A stretch of 64,000 bases of DNA from Chitinophaga pinensis (GCA_945874665.1 CAMCHJ010000004.1:1169-65168), one strand, 5' to 3'. Counted from the stretch's first letter, positions 38,114 through 48,195 are shown. Notes: generated from the letters alone by a model not told the origin. Program-made: numbers and translations.

Positions 38114-39118
38114 ATGATTCAAACCGATATATGCATCATTGGCGCGGGACCGGTGGGCTTGTTTGCCGTTTTTGAGGCGGGACTGCTTAAAATGCGTTGT
38201 CATTTGGTGGATTCCTTGCCGCAAGTGGGCGGACAACTTTCTGAAATTTATCCCAAAAAACCGATTTACGACATTCCCGGCTACCCAAGCATTTTAGCTG
38301 GCGAATTGGTTGATAATTTGATGGCCCAAATCGAGCCCTTCGAGCCCACTTTTACCTTGGGAGAACGGGTGGAGGAGCTGGAGCGGCGAGCCGATGAAAG
38401 TTTTGTGGTGCGTACCAATATGGGCAGCGAAATTGCCTGTAAAGTGGTGGTGATAGCCGCCGGACTAGGCTGTTTTGAGCCTCGTAAACCCGAAATTCCG
38501 AACATCGAAGCCTTCGAAAACAAAGGGGTTTCGTACATGATTTTAGATCCCGAAAAATACCGGGGCAAAAAAGTAGTGCTGGCAGGTGGGGGCGATTCGG
38601 CCCTCGACTGGACCATCTTTTTAGCTGACATTGCCTCGGAACTCACGCTGGTACACCGCAACGAAACCTTCCGCGGAGCTGTGGATTCAGCCGAAAAAGT
38701 GGCGAAATTGGCCGAAGAAGGCAAAATAAGATTGCTTTTGAGCTCGCAGCTCGGTTGTTTAGCAGGCGAAGGCCAGTTGCAAACTGTAGAAATAATCAAC
38801 AAACAAAAAGAAAGCCAGCTGCTCGAGGCCGACTACCTCATTCCGCTTTTTGGCTTGAGTCCCAAACTCGGTCCAATCGAAGGCTGGGGCCTCAACCTCG
38901 ACAAAAGCGCCATTGAGGTAAATGTGCACGATTACAGCACCAACGTACCTGGCATTTACGCTATTGGCGACATCAACACCTACCCTGGCAAGCTAAAGCT
39001 CATTTTGTGCGGCTTCCACGAGGCGGCGTTAATGGCCCAAACGGCCTTTAAGCGGGTGTATCCCGACCAAAAACTCAGTTTTAAATACACCACCGTAAAT
39101 GGTGTGAACGCATTTTGA
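38114..39118 (+). CDS. ferredoxin-NADP+ reductase, thioredoxin-reductase-like type 2
   Basis: ICIIGAGPVGLFAVFEAG FAD motif. Second Rossmann fold VVLAGGGDSALDW. 334 aa. Confidence 0.8.
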   Translation: MIQTDICIIGAGPVGLFAVFEAGLLKMRCHLVDSLPQVGGQLSEIYPKKPIYDIPGYPSILAGELVDNLMAQIEPFEPTFTLGERVEELERRADESFVVRTNMGSEIACKVVVIAAGLGCFEPRKPEIPNIEAFENKGVSYMILDPEKYRGKKVVLAGGGDSALDWTIFLADIASELTLVHRNETFRGAVDSAEKVAKLAEEGKIRLLLSSQLGCLAGEGQLQTVEIINKQKESQLLEADYLIPLFGLSPKLGPIEGWGLNLDKSAIEVNVHDYSTNVPGIYAIGDINTYPGKLKLILCGFHEAALMAQTAFKRVYPDQKLSFKYTTVNGVNAF

Positions 39119-39438
39119 TGAGCGACATCCAAGTTTTTGTGGAAGAAGCCGATGGCAGCACCACCGCGCACAGCTTTCCCACCGATATGGGGCTGAATTT
39201 GATGGAAGCCCTCAAAGGCAGTGAATATCCCATTTTAGCCACTTGCGGTGGCATTGCCTTGTGCGGCACTTGTCACATTGCCTTGCTCGAAGGCACGGCA
39301 AATCCCCCCTCCGACGAGGAGCTCGACATGCTCGACACACTCTTCAACAGCGGTAACAACAGTCGCCTGAGCTGCCAAATTCGTTTAAGCGCCCTCAGCA
39401 ACGGGGCACGCCTTCAAATTTTGGGAGAAGGTAACTGA
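39115..39438 (+). CDS. 2Fe-2S ferredoxin (adrenodoxin/putidaredoxin type)
   Basis: Cys ligands CGGIALCGTCH...C. 107 aa. Start overlaps the preceding reductase's stop. Confidence 0.85.
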   Translation: MMSDIQVFVEEADGSTTAHSFPTDMGLNLMEALKGSEYPILATCGGIALCGTCHIALLEGTANPPSDEELDMLDTLFNSGNNSRLSCQIRLSALSNGARLQILGEGN

Positions 39439-39851
39439 TGGGCCGGGTGGTCGCCATAGATTACGGCAGCAAACGGGTAGGACTGGCCACCACCGACGCC
39501 CTGCGCATGTTTGCCACGGCCCTTGACACGGTGCACAGCAAAGACCTCATGGCCTACCTCAAGGCATACCACGCCCGTGAAATCATAGAAACCTTTGTGC
39601 TTGGCGAGCCCAAGACCGTTAAAAACCTTCCATCGGATACCGCTGCGCAGATTCAGGAGTTTGCCGTACATTTGCAACGAACTTTTCCTGGCATACCGGT
39701 GGTGCGGGTGGATGAACGATTTACGTCGAAAATTGCGCTCCAAGCCATCGCCAAAAGCGATTTAAACAAAAAGCAGCGCCAAGACAAAGGCCTCGTCGAT
39801 CAGATCAGCGCGGTGCTCATTTTACAAACTTATCTCGAACAACACCCATGA
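39438..39851 (+). CDS. ruvX: Holliday junction resolvase-like protein RuvX (YqgF)
   Basis: MGRVVAIDYGSKRVGLATTD N-terminal RNase H-like motif. Confidence 0.85.
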   Translation: MGRVVAIDYGSKRVGLATTDALRMFATALDTVHSKDLMAYLKAYHAREIIETFVLGEPKTVKNLPSDTAAQIQEFAVHLQRTFPGIPVVRVDERFTSKIALQAIAKSDLNKKQRQDKGLVDQISAVLILQTYLEQHP

Positions 39852-40411
39852 TTTTACCTATAGTTGCATACGGAGATGCTGTTTTAAACACCAAAGCGGC
39901 GCCCATCCCTCAAAATTACCCCGATTTAAAAGAGTTGGTGGCCAGCATGTTCGAAACCATGTACGAAGCCAATGGGGTAGGTTTGGCAGCACCACAGGTT
40001 GGGTTATCGATTCGCTTGTTTGTAATCGACGTAGCGCCCTTCGATGAGGTAGCTTTTAAGGATGAAAAGCGGGTGTTTATCAATGCAGAAATTGTAGACT
40101 ACAGCGGCGATGAATGGGCTTTTAACGAAGGTTGCTTAAGCATTCCCGATGTAAGGGGCGATGTTTTTAGGCCCGAAAAAATCCGCATTCGTTATTACGA
40201 CGAAAATTGGGTGCTGCACGAACAAGATTTTGAAGACATGCCATCGCGGGTGATTCAGCACGAATACGACCACATTGAAGGCAAGCTGTTTACCGAGAAA
40301 TTGACCGCCTTACGCCGGCGCTTGGTGCAAAAAAAGCTGGATCAAATTAAGCAGGGCATCGTCAGCGTCACTTATAAGATGCGTTTCCCGCGGCTTGCTC
40401 GTAAGCGCTAA
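39848..40411 (+). CDS. def: peptide deformylase
   Basis: Motifs GVGLAAPQ, EGCLS and QHEYDHIEG. Confidence 0.9.
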   Translation: MILPIVAYGDAVLNTKAAPIPQNYPDLKELVASMFETMYEANGVGLAAPQVGLSIRLFVIDVAPFDEVAFKDEKRVFINAEIVDYSGDEWAFNEGCLSIPDVRGDVFRPEKIRIRYYDENWVLHEQDFEDMPSRVIQHEYDHIEGKLFTEKLTALRRRLVQKKLDQIKQGIVSVTYKMRFPRLARKR

Positions 40412-40417
40412 CTGCTT

Positions 40418-41995
40418 TTAGTTTCCTGCTACCTTTTTGTCTGCCAGTAAAATGGCTGCTTCCAAATTCACCACGCCGCCGCTGCGACTGATAGCTCCCA
40501 GGGTGGTCTTTTTCTTCCTACTTCCAGGAATAATCACCGGCTCTTCGTACAAATAAGCGCTTTCCATGATTATTTGGCGCACTTCCGGTGCCGTGAGTTG
40601 TGGATACAAACCTCGGATAACGGCTGCGATGCCCGCTACTACCGGTGCTGCCATGCTGGTGCCGCTGTTGTGGTCGTACTTGCTGCCTGGCATGGTGGCA
40701 TATATGTGGTCGCCAGGGGCAAAAACATCTACACTTTCTTTGCCATAATTCGAAAAACCGGCCAACATCCTTTCGTTTAATTGGAAAGAAGAAGCACCAA
40801 TCTCAATCCAATGCGCATATTTCACACCATCGGGCGCAAAGGGTTTTGGGAAGTTTTTTTCGATGTCGATGTTTTGGTTGTCGTTGCCAGCTGCATGCAC
40901 CAGCAGCACATCCTTGCCCAAGGCATAATCAATGGCAGCGGCTACCAGGTCGGATTGTGGCGAGTAGCTTTTGCCAAAGCTCATGTTAATGACTTTGGCG
41001 CCATTGTTTACCGCATAGCGGATGGCATTGGCAACGTCTTTGTCGTGCTCATCGCCGCTAGGCACCGCCCGTAAAGTCATGATGCGCGCATTGGCCGCAA
41101 TACCATTCATGCCTTTGCCATTGTTGCGCTGGGCGGCAATGATCCCGGCTACGTGGGTGCCATGTGAGGCGTCTGGTCCCGTTACGCGGTTATCACCATA
41201 AATGGGGTTGTCCCAGGCCTCATACGTATCACCCACCAAGTTACGCGGATTAAATGCCATGTTCAGGCCATAATTAAGCATGCCATTAACCTGCTCATAG
41301 CCTTCGAGCAATTTAGTTTCGGCATCAACAATGGCCATTTTGTTTTTTACAGCATTGGCGTAATAGCCTTTTACAACTTTCTGCCATTTCCCCGAAGGCT
41401 TGTAGGCTTCTATTTTGGCTTCATTCAGGTCTTGGCGGCCCACTGATGTTAAAAAAGCATCATTCGCAGTTTTGAGTTCCAGCATCATTTTAAAGTCTTT
41501 GCTGATTGCTTTCACTTCTGCTTGGTGCTTTTTACGGATTTCTTCGAGATAGGTGGCCTCTTTGCTGCCTTTGGTAATTTTACCGTCTTTTTCGAGGGCA
41601 CTGTACTTCACCAATTCACGTGTCATTTCGTAGGTATCGTAGTGCACTTCGCCGCCGGGACCGCTCAAAAAGCTCCAGCCGTACACATCATCGATGTAGC
41701 CGTTGCCATCGTCGTCGATGTTGTTATCGGGAATTTCACCAGGGTTCACCCACAGTACTTGCTTCAGGTCTTCGTGTTCAATGTCAACGCCAGCATCAAT
41801 CACCGCCACAACCACAGGCAGGAGGAGGCGATTGGCTAAAAGGCCCTCGTATACTTTGTTGGTGGAGATGCCGCCGAGCTGGTCTTTACGCGGATCGAGT
41901 TGATACCACTGTTGAGCGCGACTCAGCTCTTGCGCGTTGGTAAAGCCAACGGCAGTTATGAGCAGGGAGGATAGGAGAAAGGACTTGAATTGCAT
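40418..41995 (-). CDS. S8-family subtilisin-like serine peptidase (secreted)
   Basis: Catalytic triad blocks: Asp VIDAGVD, His HGTHVAGIIAA, Ser GTSMAAPVVAG. Signal peptide. Confidence 0.85.
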   Translation of the reverse strand: MQFKSFLLSSLLITAVGFTNAQELSRAQQWYQLDPRKDQLGGISTNKVYEGLLANRLLLPVVVAVIDAGVDIEHEDLKQVLWVNPGEIPDNNIDDDGNGYIDDVYGWSFLSGPGGEVHYDTYEMTRELVKYSALEKDGKITKGSKEATYLEEIRKKHQAEVKAISKDFKMMLELKTANDAFLTSVGRQDLNEAKIEAYKPSGKWQKVVKGYYANAVKNKMAIVDAETKLLEGYEQVNGMLNYGLNMAFNPRNLVGDTYEAWDNPIYGDNRVTGPDASHGTHVAGIIAAQRNNGKGMNGIAANARIMTLRAVPSGDEHDKDVANAIRYAVNNGAKVINMSFGKSYSPQSDLVAAAIDYALGKDVLLVHAAGNDNQNIDIEKNFPKPFAPDGVKYAHWIEIGASSFQLNERMLAGFSNYGKESVDVFAPGDHIYATMPGSKYDHNSGTSMAAPVVAGIAAVIRGLYPQLTAPEVRQIIMESAYLYEEPVIIPGSRKKKTTLGAISRSGGVVNLEAAILLADKKVAGN

Positions 41996-42513
41996 GCGGT
42001 TGAGTGGTTATTTTATTTGGAATTAAAAGTAGTGAAGAAGTGCCTCAAAACAAAAAACCAACTTATCAAACGGCGGCGGCATAACTTTTATTTGACGCGG
42101 ATAAAGGACTGGTGGTTTTGGTTGTGATTTAACATCCAGAAAAAGCGTCAACAATTACTTTTGAGCAAAAGAAAGTGGAGCTGAATATAAAATAAGAAGG
42201 GTACCGGGAGGTACCCTTCTTTCGATAGGAATAACCAACAATCCTATGAAATACACCATAAGTATAGGGTAAGATTTTGTTTCGCGCCACTTTATGCTGA
42301 TGGCAAGAACATTTTAGCCGCCAATAAAAAAAGCAATCATTTCGGGCGTCTCAGCAAGGCTTGCTAACGATAGCACTTCAGGCACAACTTATTTCTGTAA
42401 GTATGTTCCTGTGCCTAACGGCGCAAGCCAAAGTCAGGGTTGCTTTTAAAAGCAGCAAGGAGCAGACAGCTGTTGAGAGCTCCTTATGGTCATAAAGGAG
42501 TGTGTTTAAACGG

Positions 42514-43713
42514 CTATTTTTTAATAATCAGCTTGTGCACCTCAACAGTGTTGTTTTGCGCAATCTGCACCAAGTAAATGCCAGCTGCAAAAGCTGTTAA
42601 GTCAATGGCCGTGCCAGCTTCGAGCGTTTGCAAAAGCAGGGTTTTGCCTTGCAGGTTTTTGATACTTACATGCAAATCTCCGCTTGCGCTACTCTTTACA
42701 AAGAGGTGATCGCTGGTAGGGTTGGGATAGACGAGGCTATGCAATTTTGACTGCTCTTGAACATCTACGCTGTTGTTTTGGAGGTTATAAAAGAACCGTG
42801 CAGCATTGCTAACGATGTCGGCCGATATGCTGGGTGTAACTACGAAGTTATGCATGGCGCCTGTATAGCTCAATAACTCACTGTAGGTGCCCCGATTTTG
42901 CAAACGCAGCTGCAACAAGCTTGAGCCATCCACCGTAATAACAGGGAAGCCTACTGCGCGAATCATATCACGGCCGTAGGGTACTACCTCATCGGCGGTG
43001 CCATGAAAATGGATGGCGGTTACTGCACCCGTGTTCACAATGTTTGTATCGAGCACAGCCCCAGCAATGTTCAGTACGCCAGCTGCCGTGGAGGTATAAC
43101 CAGGGTTGCCTGAATTGCCTTCGAGCCCTAGGCCAAGGCCTGCTACTTCCTGGTTTACCAAAGCTGAAGTCTGTAAAGTATCGGTAAAATACGCCAAGTG
43201 AATGGCGGCAAGGGCACCTGCTGAATATCCGCCAACGTATATTTTATTGGTATCAATGCCATAGGGATTGCCTTGCTCAGCTACCGATCGTTTGAAAAAA
43301 CGCACTGCCGCTTTGGCATCGTGGGTGGCTCGCATCGCTGCTTTTACAAATTCGCGGTCGAGTGCTGCAAGATTGGCTGTATTTACACCCAAACGGTAAC
43401 TCGCCGTGGCCGTTACATAGCCCCTTTTAGCAAAGGTATTGCAGAGGCCGAGCATGATCGCGTCATCGCGCTGGCCAGATAAAAACGAGCCGCCGTGGAA
43501 TAATAAAATCAATGGCCGACCTGTGACTGCATCGCCAGCCGGTTTAAAAACGTCTAAATTGAGCAATTGCGGCGTATTGTCCCACAAAGGCGCACTGCCG
43601 TAATTGATGCCTGCTTGTACATCTACCAAAGGAAAAATTTCTTGCAGATAGCGTTGTGCATGGGCCAACTGGCTGAAGCCGAGGAGCACCGAAAGTAGTA
43701 TAGTTCTTAACAT
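42514..43713 (-). CDS. secreted alpha/beta-hydrolase esterase with C-terminal T9SS sorting domain
   Basis: HGGSF and GGYSAGA (GxSxG) lipase/esterase motifs. C-terminal about 80 aa Por_Secre_tail-like domain (LVYPNPTSDHLFV...GIYLVQI...KLIIKK). Confidence 0.75.
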   Translation of the reverse strand: MLRTILLSVLLGFSQLAHAQRYLQEIFPLVDVQAGINYGSAPLWDNTPQLLNLDVFKPAGDAVTGRPLILLFHGGSFLSGQRDDAIMLGLCNTFAKRGYVTATASYRLGVNTANLAALDREFVKAAMRATHDAKAAVRFFKRSVAEQGNPYGIDTNKIYVGGYSAGALAAIHLAYFTDTLQTSALVNQEVAGLGLGLEGNSGNPGYTSTAAGVLNIAGAVLDTNIVNTGAVTAIHFHGTADEVVPYGRDMIRAVGFPVITVDGSSLLQLRLQNRGTYSELLSYTGAMHNFVVTPSISADIVSNAARFFYNLQNNSVDVQEQSKLHSLVYPNPTSDHLFVKSSASGDLHVSIKNLQGKTLLLQTLEAGTAIDLTAFAAGIYLVQIAQNNTVEVHKLIIKK

Positions 43714-43827
43714 TTGCAGGCTTTTAAAAAGCTAATATAGTGTTCTGCGGTTGTAAACAAGATAAATGAGGACTTGTTTGCGATGAATGTTGCTCTAACA
43801 ATCAAAATGCACCTACAAAGACAGTTG

Positions 43828-44514
43828 TTAGTCTTGCAAGCCATTTAAATAAAGCCCTAAATCTGCTTCCGCGTCAAGCTGTAGTTTTTTGCGCAAGCGG
43901 CTGCGTGATTTATTCACCCCAGCCACAGAAATGGCCTTTATCTGCGCGATTTTTAGGCTACTGAAATGCAGGTGCAGGTAGCCGCAGAGGCGCAAATCTT
44001 CGTTTGTAAGGTCGGGATGTGCGAGCAGCAGTTTTTGTTCAAAATCTGTAGGCAAATCGGCAATCGTAAGGTTGCTGAAATGCGCTGTGAGTTGGACAGA
44101 TTTCACCAAATCGATCAGCTCTTGGGCGTGTGCTTTTAGGCTTTCAACCGCTAAAGCTTTAGGTAGCAAGTGCTGCACGAGGTGGTCGAGCACTTTGTTT
44201 TTTACTTCCAACTGCATTTTGAGCTGCAATACTTGTTTGTCGAGCTCCTGCACAAGCTCCGGAACGGCTACTTGCTCGTTTTCTTGCAGCTGCACCTGTT
44301 TGGGAATGAAGGGCTGCTCCCAGGCTGGAAGTGGGGCCTTGACGTCGTGTGGCGATGCTATTGCCCTTCGTTTCCTCCAAAATACAACCGCACCAAAACC
44401 GAGTAACACGGCCATCACCAACCAGGGTAATGCCTCATTCAATGCTGCTGCTTCCAAAAAAGCAGCGAGCATTGCCGTTAACAAGCCAGGTAAGGAAGAA
44501 GCGCAAATAATCAT
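43828..44514 (-). CDS. LuxR-family helix-turn-helix regulator with N-terminal transmembrane helix and coiled-coil linker
   Basis: C-terminal LRLCGYLHLHFSSLKIAQIKAISVAGVNKSRSRLRKKL, a GerE/LuxR-type HTH. N-terminal hydrophobic helix. Confidence 0.6.
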   Translation of the reverse strand: MIICASSLPGLLTAMLAAFLEAAALNEALPWLVMAVLLGFGAVVFWRKRRAIASPHDVKAPLPAWEQPFIPKQVQLQENEQVAVPELVQELDKQVLQLKMQLEVKNKVLDHLVQHLLPKALAVESLKAHAQELIDLVKSVQLTAHFSNLTIADLPTDFEQKLLLAHPDLTNEDLRLCGYLHLHFSSLKIAQIKAISVAGVNKSRSRLRKKLQLDAEADLGLYLNGLQD

Positions 44515-44704
44515 GTACGAAGTTGTATACTCATTTTTGGTAAGTTCACCACCTTATCCCCTCAAAATGAGGCCACAGCGTTCAGGTAATTGGTAAAAGT
44601 ATATAATATTTATTAGTACACGCAAAATCTGAACGCAAAATTTGTGACCACCTTTTTCTGAGCCTGCCATTTCTAAGCCCTATTTTGTAACTTGCTGCCT
44701 TCTT

Positions 44705-47515
44705 ATGGCTGCACCTCACAAACTCTTTTTGCTCGACGGCATGGCGCTGGTTTTTCGGGCCTATTTCGCTTTTGCAAGCAATCCACGCATTACTTCCAAG
44801 GGCCTCAATACCTCCGCGGTTTTTGGCTTTGCTTTGGCTTTGTTGGATTTGCTGGAGAAGGAAAAACCCACCCACATTGGGGTGGTGTTTGATACAAGTG
44901 AGCCCACGCAGCGGCACATCGACTACCCGGCTTACAAAGCGCAGCGCGAGGCCATGCCTGAGGATTTGGCCAAGGCGTTGCCGTATATTGATAAAATGAT
45001 TGAGGCCTTTCATATTCCGGTAATCAAAATGCCGGGTTACGAGGCCGACGATGTGATTGGCACTTTGGCTTGGCAGGCTGCGGCAGAGGGTTATGAGGTG
45101 TACATGGTAACGCCAGACAAAGACTTCGGACAGCTGGTGAAAGACAATGTGTTCATCTACAAACCCGCCCGCATGGGCAATGGCATCGAAATTTTGGGGA
45201 TCCCTGAGATTTTGGCGAAGTGGGAAGTGGAGCGGGTGGAGCAAGTAATCGACATCCTGGGTTTGTGGGGAGATGCGGTCGATAACATCCCCGGCATCCC
45301 GGGCATCGGTGAAAAAACTGCCAAAAAGCTTATTGCCGAGTTTGGTAGCATCGAAATACTGGTAGACAGTGCCGACCAACTCAAGGGCAAGCAAAAAGAA
45401 AACGTGATCAATTTCCGCGAGCAGGCGCTGTTGTCGAAGCGCCTCGCCACCATCATTACCGATGTGCCGATTGATTTTGACCCCAAGGGCCTCACCCTCG
45501 ACCCGCCAAACGAAGCCGCCATCCGCGAGCTGTTTTTGGAGCTGGAGTTCCGCACCCTTTTGCGCCGGGTGTTGGGAGATGGGGGAAGCACCGTTGTCCC
45601 ACCCCCGCAAGCCAGCAGCGGTCAGCTCGATATGTTTGCCGCCCCGCCAACGACCTATTTTGCCACACCAGCGGCCGAGCCCGAAGCAGCACCCATCGTT
45701 TATCGCAGCATGGCCGATACCCAAGCTACTTATGTGTTGGTAGATACCCAAGCGGCGATGGAAGAACTGGCTGCGCTGTTCGAAAAACAAAGCGAATTTT
45801 GCTTCGATACCGAGTTTACGAGTCTAGACCCCCTCACCGGCGAGCTCGTAGGCATGTCGTTTAGCTTTGCCGCCGGCACGGGCTATTATGTGCCAACGCC
45901 TGCCGACCAAGCCCGCACTGCCGAAATTGTGGCACTCTTTAAGCCCGTACTCGAGGCCAAAGGCATCCGCAAAATCGGCCAAAACCTCAAATTCGACCTC
46001 CAAGTAATGGCCATGTACGGCGTGCAGCTGGGTGGCGAGCTGTGGGACACCATGCTGGCGCACTACCTCATCGACCCTGATACGCGCCACAACATGGATG
46101 CGCTCAGCGAAACCTACCTAGGCTACAAGCCCCAGAGCATTACGGAGCTCATTGGCAAAAAGGGCAAAGACCAAGGCACCATGCGCGATGTGGCCATTCA
46201 AAAAGCCTCCGACTATGCTGCTGAGGATGCCGACATCACTTGGCAGCTCAAGCAGACCTTCGCACCCATCCTCCAGCAAAACCAACTCGAAAAGCTTTTT
46301 CACGAGGTAGAAATGCCGCTGGTGCCCGTGCTGGCCGACATCGAACTCGAAGGGGTGAAGATTGACGAGCAGGTGTTGGCCGAATTCTCCAAGGAACTCG
46401 AAAAACAGATTGCCGCCAAAGAAAAGGAAATCCACGCCCTCGCGGGCATGAGCTTCAACATAGCTTCTCCCAAACAAATGGGCGAGGTGCTGTTTGATGT
46501 GCTCAGGCTCGACGACAAGGCCAAAAAGACCAAAACCGGTCAGTATAAAACCGACGAAGAAGTGCTCAGCGCGTTGGCGCTCAAACATCCGATTGCGCAA
46601 ACGGTGCTCGACTATCGGCAGGCGCAGAAGCTCAAATCGACTTACGTGGATGCCCTACCCAGCATGATCAATCCACGTACAGGAAGGGTGCATACTTCGT
46701 TTAACCAAGCCGTGGCCGCCACCGGTCGCCTCAGCAGCAACAATCCCAACCTGCAAAACATCCCCATTCGCACCGAGCAGGGGCGTGAGGTACGCAAGGC
46801 CTTTGTAGCCCGCGACGAAAACCACATTTTGCTGTCGGCCGATTACAGCCAAATTGAGCTGCGCATCATCACCGAAATCAGCGGCGACGAAAACATGCTC
46901 GAGGCCTTTGTGCAGGGGCACGACATCCACGCCGCCACCGCCGCCAAGGTGTACAATGTGCCGCTCGAGGAAGTGACTTCAGAGCTGCGCCGCAATGCTA
47001 AAACCGTGAATTTTGGTATTATTTACGGCATTTCAGCCTTTGGACTCAGTCAGCGCCTCGGTATTGCCCGCGGAGAAGCGGCCGAGCTCATTGAGCAGTA
47101 CTTCAAAACCTATCCCAAAATTCGCCATTACATGCACGACATCGTGGACACAGCCCGCAGCAAGGGCTATGTAGAAACGCTGTTGGGCCGCCGCCGCTAC
47201 ATGCGCGACATCAACTCGGCCAATGCCACCGTGCGCGGTTTTGCCGAGCGCAACGCCATCAACGCGCCCATTCAAGGCACGGCCGCCGACATGATCAAGC
47301 TCGCCATGATCAACATCCACCGCGACATGAAAGCCGCGGGCTTGCGCTCCAAAATGACCCTGCAGGTGCACGACGAACTTGTGTTCGACGCCTACCTGCC
47401 CGAGTTAGATTTGCTGCGACCGTTGGTTGAGAAGGGTATGAAAGAAGCCTTGCCCATGAAAGTGCCAGTTTTGGTGGAGATGGGTACCGGCGACAATTGG
47501 CTGGAGGCGCATTAA
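44705..47515 (+). CDS. polA: DNA polymerase I
   Basis: 936 aa. 5-prime nuclease N-terminus, 3-5 exonuclease motifs, and polymerase motifs A, B (RRNAKTVNFGIIYG) and C (VHDELVFD). Confidence 0.95.
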   Translation: MAAPHKLFLLDGMALVFRAYFAFASNPRITSKGLNTSAVFGFALALLDLLEKEKPTHIGVVFDTSEPTQRHIDYPAYKAQREAMPEDLAKALPYIDKMIEAFHIPVIKMPGYEADDVIGTLAWQAAAEGYEVYMVTPDKDFGQLVKDNVFIYKPARMGNGIEILGIPEILAKWEVERVEQVIDILGLWGDAVDNIPGIPGIGEKTAKKLIAEFGSIEILVDSADQLKGKQKENVINFREQALLSKRLATIITDVPIDFDPKGLTLDPPNEAAIRELFLELEFRTLLRRVLGDGGSTVVPPPQASSGQLDMFAAPPTTYFATPAAEPEAAPIVYRSMADTQATYVLVDTQAAMEELAALFEKQSEFCFDTEFTSLDPLTGELVGMSFSFAAGTGYYVPTPADQARTAEIVALFKPVLEAKGIRKIGQNLKFDLQVMAMYGVQLGGELWDTMLAHYLIDPDTRHNMDALSETYLGYKPQSITELIGKKGKDQGTMRDVAIQKASDYAAEDADITWQLKQTFAPILQQNQLEKLFHEVEMPLVPVLADIELEGVKIDEQVLAEFSKELEKQIAAKEKEIHALAGMSFNIASPKQMGEVLFDVLRLDDKAKKTKTGQYKTDEEVLSALALKHPIAQTVLDYRQAQKLKSTYVDALPSMINPRTGRVHTSFNQAVAATGRLSSNNPNLQNIPIRTEQGREVRKAFVARDENHILLSADYSQIELRIITEISGDENMLEAFVQGHDIHAATAAKVYNVPLEEVTSELRRNAKTVNFGIIYGISAFGLSQRLGIARGEAAELIEQYFKTYPKIRHYMHDIVDTARSKGYVETLLGRRRYMRDINSANATVRGFAERNAINAPIQGTAADMIKLAMINIHRDMKAAGLRSKMTLQVHDELVFDAYLPELDLLRPLVEKGMKEALPMKVPVLVEMGTGDNWLEAH

Positions 47516-47518
47516 GCG

Positions 47519-47734
47519 CTACGAAATACTATCCCGCACCCGTTGCGCAAAGGCCCTAAAAGCGTCTTTGAACGCCATGCCGGCCTCCACCTGCTCGCGG
47601 ATCCAAATGGCCCCGAGGATGTTGGTGAGCTGATCGCCTTCATCGTCGCCAGCCACCTCAAAGGCGGGTGTTTCCTCGTTCAAAAGGGCTTCTTCGGCGG
47701 CTTTGAGACTGGCGAGGTCGTGCTGCTCAGCCAT
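47519..47734 (-). CDS. small acidic hypothetical protein (about 71 aa) immediately downstream of thioredoxin
   Basis: ORF with ATG at 47732-47734, 20 nt after the trx stop. Helical acidic sequence MAEQHDLASLKAAEEALLNEE... No homology recognised. Confidence 0.3.
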   Translation of the reverse strand: MAEQHDLASLKAAEEALLNEETPAFEVAGDDEGDQLTNILGAIWIREQVEAGMAFKDAFRAFAQRVRDSIS

Positions 47735-47754
47735 GATTTTGATGGCGGGGAGCT

Positions 47755-48078
47755 TCACGACAACAATTTATTAGCGATGAGCTCTTGTACAAATTCGATT
47801 TTGGAGGCCGCACTGCCGCCTACCAATTCGCCATTTTTAAAGGCTGCAAAAAAGGGCAGGTTGTCTACCCCAGCGGTTTTGCGCGCCTCTGGATTTTCCT
47901 CCGCATTGATGTCTACAAAGGTAATGCCCGCATATTGCTCCTCTTCAGAGATACGGCGTACTTTGGGCGCAATGAGTTTGCAATTGCCGCACCAGTCGGC
48001 ATAATATTTTACCAGCACCAAGCTGTTGTCTTGTAATAATTGCTTAAAATTTTGGTCGGTTGCTAAGGTTAAAGCCAT
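47755..48078 (-). CDS. trxA: thioredoxin with atypical WCGNC active site
   Basis: 107 aa. YYADWCGNCKLIAPK. The classic fold with cis-Pro region and a C-terminal helix. Confidence 0.8.
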   Translation of the reverse strand: MALTLATDQNFKQLLQDNSLVLVKYYADWCGNCKLIAPKVRRISEEEQYAGITFVDINAEENPEARKTAGVDNLPFFAAFKNGELVGGSAASKIEFVQELIANKLLS

Positions 48079-48195
48079 GGTTCTTTGTTTTTAAAGGGAA
48101 GCTTTTTTTGGGGGGATTAGTTCCCTAATTCCCAAAATGCTCCTAGCCTAACTTTTAGGGAAGGGTTGTTGATGAATGGGGCTCAAGCGCAGCTA

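Noticed and set aside
44582-45790. 402-aa minus-strand ORF
   Set aside because: Entirely antisense to the well-supported polA gene. It has no recognisable motifs. Long antisense ORFs are expected in GC-rich coding DNA.
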